Part shown: piece after piece, positions 9,901-15,900 of the stretch
Position numbering within the stretch: position 1 is the stretch's first letter
Layout: each line of letters starts with the position of its first letter
Assembly (NCBI GenBank): GCA_964608955.1
Contig: CAZSQC010000004.1
Span: forward strand, 1-35,392
Reading direction: 5' to 3'
DNA: 35,392 nucleotides
Origin: an uncultured Planctomycetales bacterium
GTDB lineage: Bacteria; Omnitrophota; Gorgyraeia; Gygaellales; Profunditerraquicolaceae
Program-made: the position numbers and the translations under genes
Notes under the pieces: generated by a model
Seen by the model: only the letters and a program-made list of their open reading frames with translations
What the model was told of the DNA's origin: nothing
Databases searched by the model: none

Positions 9901-12900
9901 CGAGCTCTTCGGCAGTCTTGGAATCTGCGAAAATACTTAATAATACTTCGAATGCAGACCGCGCGCCAACGCTATCCCTCCCTGATTTTATATAGGAGGA
10001 AAGCGCATAAACAACAGAAGAATACAGAGAAGGCTCATTCTTAAAGATTTCCCTTAGGCTCTGAAAAGCAGATTCCGGAACCAAATCCGGGCTTATTTTA
10101 GTGGCTGACTGTATATATTTTATGTAATCAATGCTATCGGTAATAGAATAAGTTGCATCCCTTCCTTTAAGCCCCTCGCTTACAATTCTTCCGCGCAACT
10201 CAATGAAATCTCTGGCAAAATTATCAGCCTCCTGGTTAGGCTCGCCTTGCTGCTTATGGTAAACGTTTGCATAGATTAGAACCTGCCCAGACATGTGTTT
10301 AATCACCCTATTGATAAAGTTTTTATCCTGGATACTTATCCCGTCCGAAATCATCCCGTTAATTACGTTAATAAGAATACTGAGATTATTCCAATTGATA
10401 GTAAGCCTTACGGCTCCTGTTTCATCTTCTACGGAACCTTCTTCAAATAATATATCCTGCAAGCCGCTTAAATCATAACCTTTAACTAATGCTTCAATTT
10501 GGGCGTATAAATGATTATCCTTGGTATTCCTGCTTATTTGTCTTCGGTCCGGCGCTCCCTCTTGCTGCTTCGAAGAAACAGGCAGTTTTATAGTTAGGGG
10601 GCCTTTCTTGGAAATATCACCGCTTGCGGCGGGAGAAACTTCTTCTGTTTTCTGTTCTGGTAAAGCCTCTCTATGAGAAAAGATAAAAAACGTAAGAGGA
10701 AATGCGGCTATTGCTGCTATTGCCAGACGGATAACCATGCTGCGCCTCTTATTTCCGGCAGAGCTATTTTCTCCCCCATACCCCCTTCCATCAGCTAGTT
10801 CTCTTGCCTGACGCTGGTCACGGGCAAGTAAAACCGGAGCTAAGGCATCGCGTATCCTCTGGGACTGCTCTGGATGCATGGCTTCTGCCATCATGCCAAC
10901 ATGATGAGCCTGCGCATCATTTAATCCTGACTGAATCGCAAATGCTTCTGCTATATCGTGAATTAAGATTCTTTCAGCTGCTGCTTTTCTTTCTTGGGGG
11001 TTAAGGCTTGAACCGTTAAGGAGGGAGTTTATTTTATCTTGGTTTACCGAGACTACGCTGCCGTCTGCGCTGACAGAGACGTAAGAGTCCTGGAGATTAT
11101 TAATAACGATACGTATCTGCCTGCCGTTTACAGTAACTAATCCCGAGACAACCGTAACTACGCCCTGGCTATTGACGCTTACCGGTATAACCAGGCTACC
11201 GCTATTAAGCGCATCTAATACTGTATCTGCGTAACTGCCCAATAATTCCAGATTTCCTGTTTCTACCTGTCCGGGGGCGCCTTCAAAAGAATTGGATTCT
11301 TTTAGAACCCCGGAGACAAGCGGATACCTGCTTCTTATAATCGGCTTAAGTTTTTTCTCGAATTGCGTACCCCTTTCAGTAACGGACAGGAATATTTCTT
11401 TTATAATATTATTGTCGTCGAAAAAGGCCGGCTCATGTTCGTGGCCTAAGTGCAGATTCTTTAACGTTGCAGGGACATCCGCGTCTACCAATACCGCATT
11501 GACAAATATGATGGTGGGGCCTTTGACCTGTGCAGGCCTTACATTGTCTACTTCTGCAAGTGGCTGCCTGTTTTCACGCAGAATAGACCTTAATCCTCCC
11601 GGATTCCAAAACATAAAGTCATAATAAAGCTTTTCTCCCGATATCCTTCTTAAAATAGCGGCGATTTTATTTTTCAGCCTTAAAAAGTCTTCGCCGAAGG
11701 CAGAAACAAAAGTGCGATCCTTACCTAATAATTCGCCTCTGTTGCGGGCAGCCTGATCCCCTAAGATACTTCCGATAGCCTCGTTAAAAGCCAAAGCAAA
11801 ATTTCTATATCCCTGATATGCGTCTGGATATCTTCCGCGCTTTCCTTCGTCTCCTTCGCGGTCTACCAAATGCTGCGTTCCGTCAACAACTACCATAATG
11901 GGTTGGTTATTTACTAAATACTCCAGGTCTCCTTCGCTAAAGAGGTCCTCCCTAAACACCCAAGGATTTTGATGGCTCTCCGTAGAGCCTATCTTTGTCC
12001 TTATTATTCTGACTCCCCGGCGCGCAAGCTCCTCTTCTATGATATCGATAACAAATCCGCCGTAACTCATATTTGCCACAACTACAACCTCTCTGTTAAC
12101 CGCTCTACCCTGGCTTATTAATTTATCTATAAATTCAAGGAGCCTCTTTGCTTCGAATATGGCATAATCAACCTCTGCTATTTCCGCCGCTCCCAGATGC
12201 ACCTCTCCGGGACGGTGCTCCCCGCTGATAAACTGCCTGTAGTTGTTATAATTTGCCCTGTTTAGGCCAAAACCGTTCTCCAACAACACTGCCACAAAAT
12301 GCGAGTATTCTACATCAATATAAAGAGCTTTTCCCTGTGGATCGTTAATTTTATCAAGCCGGAATCCGCCTTCAGAAATAGCTCTTTTTACCCTTGCAAA
12401 ATCTTCCAGCGCACCTTTTAAATCCTTCTTTCCGAAAGCATATTCCACTAGCCCTTCGGTAGGAATAAACCCTGCCCCCATAATAGCAATGGCTATCTCT
12501 ATCTTTTCCGGACTCAAAAGAATGCTTTTATAATGCCCGAAGTTCTCAATGAATATTTCTGCGATAGAATTATTCCCGGATTTCATTATCCCCTCAAAAA
12601 GTTTCTCTGCGGAGGCCAAGGTCGAAGCAAAGCTTACCGGGCTAAGTTCAGAAAAATGCCTTATACAATTACGTAGTGCGATATTGATCAAAGCCTGATG
12701 TTCTTTTCCGGGGAACTTTTTAGTTAGAGATGTTTTAAACTCTAAAAATGCACGGACCTTTTCTTTTAAAGCCGGAAGATTTCTCTCGTGCTCGCAAAAA
12801 GACCAGAGATAAGTCTCAGCCGACTCTAAATATATGTCTGCCGCACTCATCTCCTTAAATAATAAAGCGAGCTCCAAGAAAGTACGCTGCAGATTATCGG

Positions 12901-15900
12901 CTCCAGGGCTCAGCTTATTAGCCATATCAAACACCGCTACCCAAACCGACTTGGAGAAGAGCATTTGTACATCTTTGTCATCAAGAGCATCCATTAATCC
13001 TGACATAGCGTTCATATAAACAGCGAACAACTTGCCTTCTTTTTCCCCAAGCATTTCTGAAAGTTTCTGCATAAAATTATAGATGACATATTCCGGAATA
13101 TTTTCACTGAGACGCTTCTCCGATGTAATCAGAAAACGGTGTAAGGCCGCGACATTGTTTTTTAATTCTTCGGCGGTGTCGCTATGATTAACGGCATTGG
13201 CTAGTCCGTGTGAACCTCCATAAGATTCATCAAAAAGGTTGTCATCTCTTCTTGAAATAAACTCCGCGGCAAAGTTAAATACCGCATCACAAGCTAAAGT
13301 TGCTTGCGCTGATTTGCTGGAGAAGAGAAACTGCACTATAATATCCAAGATACTCTTAGCTACGCTAAGCGCGCGATGATGCGCAATTCGCGCAGCATTA
13401 GAATCTCCTTTGTGTTTTAGAGAATATATATTTAAAATTTCTTTGGTTTTATTATATACTTTATCGAGAAACGCTTTTAGCTCTTCCTCTCTTTTAGCTT
13501 TATCCGGGATGTTTTCAAGCATACGGTCTGCGATACCCATAACCCTGGATAGAAAAGAAGGTAAATATAACTCGGAGTATTCCATTTCTCCGAATTCTTC
13601 TGTAATGGAACCTGTAAATCTTAATAGCATCTCGGAATAAGATAAGAACTCTTTCTTATCTTCGGTCTCCTCTAAGATTCTGGAAAACCCGAGATAGACA
13701 AAACCGTACCTAGAGTAAGATTCGGTGATATATTTACCAAAGAGGCCCAAGTGCGCTTCTAGCTCAGAGACACTGCTTAAGAACCTCAAGTGCGAAGACA
13801 AAAGTCTTTCTAAATCCCACTTCTCTTTTACTTTCTCGGCGTGGGATTTTAAGAATTCCTCGAGCACCGTTGTTACCCTTTCTGTGCTTTCTCCTGTGCG
13901 TGATATAAAGCTGCGAAACTCTTCTCTCGCAGCAACCTTTTGAAGAACTTCCGAGACCTCTCCTTCTCCTTCGTATCCTACTCCGTCTTTACCCCAGGCA
14001 TCTAATCCTCCGTATTCTATCCTGGCTCCTGCGCTACGGTCAGAAGTTAAAGAACCCCAAAGCTTATGCATTGCCTCGCGTAACTGGCTGTCTTCTCCTA
14101 TCGCCTCTGCTTCTGCGATCATTCCTTCTGTATGCGCTTCTTTCGCACTTAAACCCCTGCCAATAGCAGCATCTTCCGCCATTTCATGCTGCCTTAAGAC
14201 ATTCGCCACCTTAAGAACAATAGGGTCATCTTCCGCAACCCCTAGCACAGAAGCAATCTCTCTGGTATTAACGATAATTTCTCCGCGCGCATTTACCCTA
14301 ACAAATCTTCCGTCGATTCTTCCGGCGAGGTTTTTCAATACAGCTTGCCCTCCCTTGACAGAGGTTGTTTCAGGAGGTCCTCGGCGAGAATCAACCTTAG
14401 CCATAAAAGCATTGAGGCTATTAATAAAATACTCGGTAAAATCAGTTATCGGCTTTTCATTTCCGGCATTACCTCCCAGATTCCAGAACATATTTCTTCC
14501 TTTACTAAGGAAAAGGTCTTTTATTTCTTTTTTTGACATGGAATTTACAAGAGCATGGGCATCTTCCAACAAGCCCAACGCATCCTTTCTGAAGGCCGGA
14601 TGCTTAAGAACCTCGTCAAAAATAAAATTATCCGTTCCCGGTGCCCCGTAATCTTTAAAACCGTACTGCGACATAATCATCGCCAGAAAAAGCAATCTAT
14701 GCTGTGCATTAGCAGATTTTCCCCCTATATACAGCCTATTATCTCCGATATCAACCATTACCGCTTCCTGGTTCCCCTTACGGATAATAAAATTGCCTCC
14801 ATGCATGTCACGCGGAGCCATGCCTCCTAATCCGAAAGTTATAGTAAGGAGGGCGTAAACAATGCTCCTGCGTAAGCGCTCGGTAAGTAAACCCTTATTA
14901 AGTAACCCCTGGGCTGTTTCTCCTTCAATAAACTCCTCGATATACCAACGCCTTCCGTCGGCAGAGACACCGCTCCAGGCGAATTTAGGCACTCCTCTCC
15001 CGTCTAGCCTCTTAAGGTTTTGCAACTCATGGGAAGTGATATCGTTTTTCCCTACTTCCTTCTTGGCCGCCAGAAGTATATTTATCTTTTCTCCAGATAC
15101 CAACGCAAACTGCATCCTATAAACATATTTGTGTGCGCCTTCAGCGAAATAGGAAAGATCCACATCCTGTGAAATATCAGCCCATTGGAGATCTTTAATA
15201 CCGGATATTTTGCGTAATATTGACAGCAGGTCCTCCCTCGAAATCCCGGTAATTAAATCCCTTGAAACGCTTAACAGTGTATTATATTTCTCCCAGGATC
15301 TTTCATCGGTTGAGTCAAAATCAAATTTTGCGATATGGATATTTAGTTTATGACTTACGGGGGCTGCTTCAGTACTGCGCCCAGACGCAACGGATTGAAC
15401 TGGCGCGCTTTCATTTAATACCGTCAGAAGAATGATTAAATCGAGCATCTGCTGCTGGGCATTTAGACCTAAGAAATCCTCCTGTCTATCTGCCTCAACG
15501 CCTTGGCCGGATTCGCGCTGCCTACTAAGCCAGAGCTCATGCAGCGCTTCCCCGGCAGCTAAGACAACCTTACCTGCGGGATTCGTCCCGAATTGAGCGC
15601 TTAATTTCTGTCCATTCTTTAATTGTTGCAGTGCGGATTCTAATGCCCTGCGAAATTCTGCTGTTGAGATGCCCGCAGTCTTTATTAATTCAAGAGCCCT
15701 TCTTACTGACGCAATATTATCATTCTGTATGCGTTCAGGAAGAGCAGCAAAACTTACTACCCTTGATATATCTATTCCGTCTTCAACGTTAACTCCCGCG
15801 CCTAAGGCCAGCTGAGTTGCCAGATGCACTTTCCATGCCAGCTTCTTTTCTTCTCCCGAAGCAGTATCCTGCTGCGTTGCAATGACCTTTGCTCTTGGCA

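Noticed and set aside
6037-11282. The repeat pair as a template repeat/variable repeat pair of a diversity-generating retroelement.
   Set aside because: The copies are identical with no adenine-specific mismatches. At 503 bp they are much longer than typical TR/VR pairs. No reverse transcriptase or accessory gene is present in the window.
11864-12106. A phosphoribosyltransferase-like segment in the giant protein (REVVVVANMSYGGFVIDIIEEELARRGVRIIRTK ... QPIMVVVDGTQH).
   Set aside because: It has only a generic strand-helix-strand pattern. The PRPP-binding signature (acidic pair followed by T-G-x-T) is absent, so the evidence does not support a call.
6037-14356. The R module as a classical HExxH zincin protease.
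   Set aside because: The conserved motif is H-[DE]-x-x-E followed by A or D, not HExxH. I keep it only as an unassigned motif with possible metal-binding residues.
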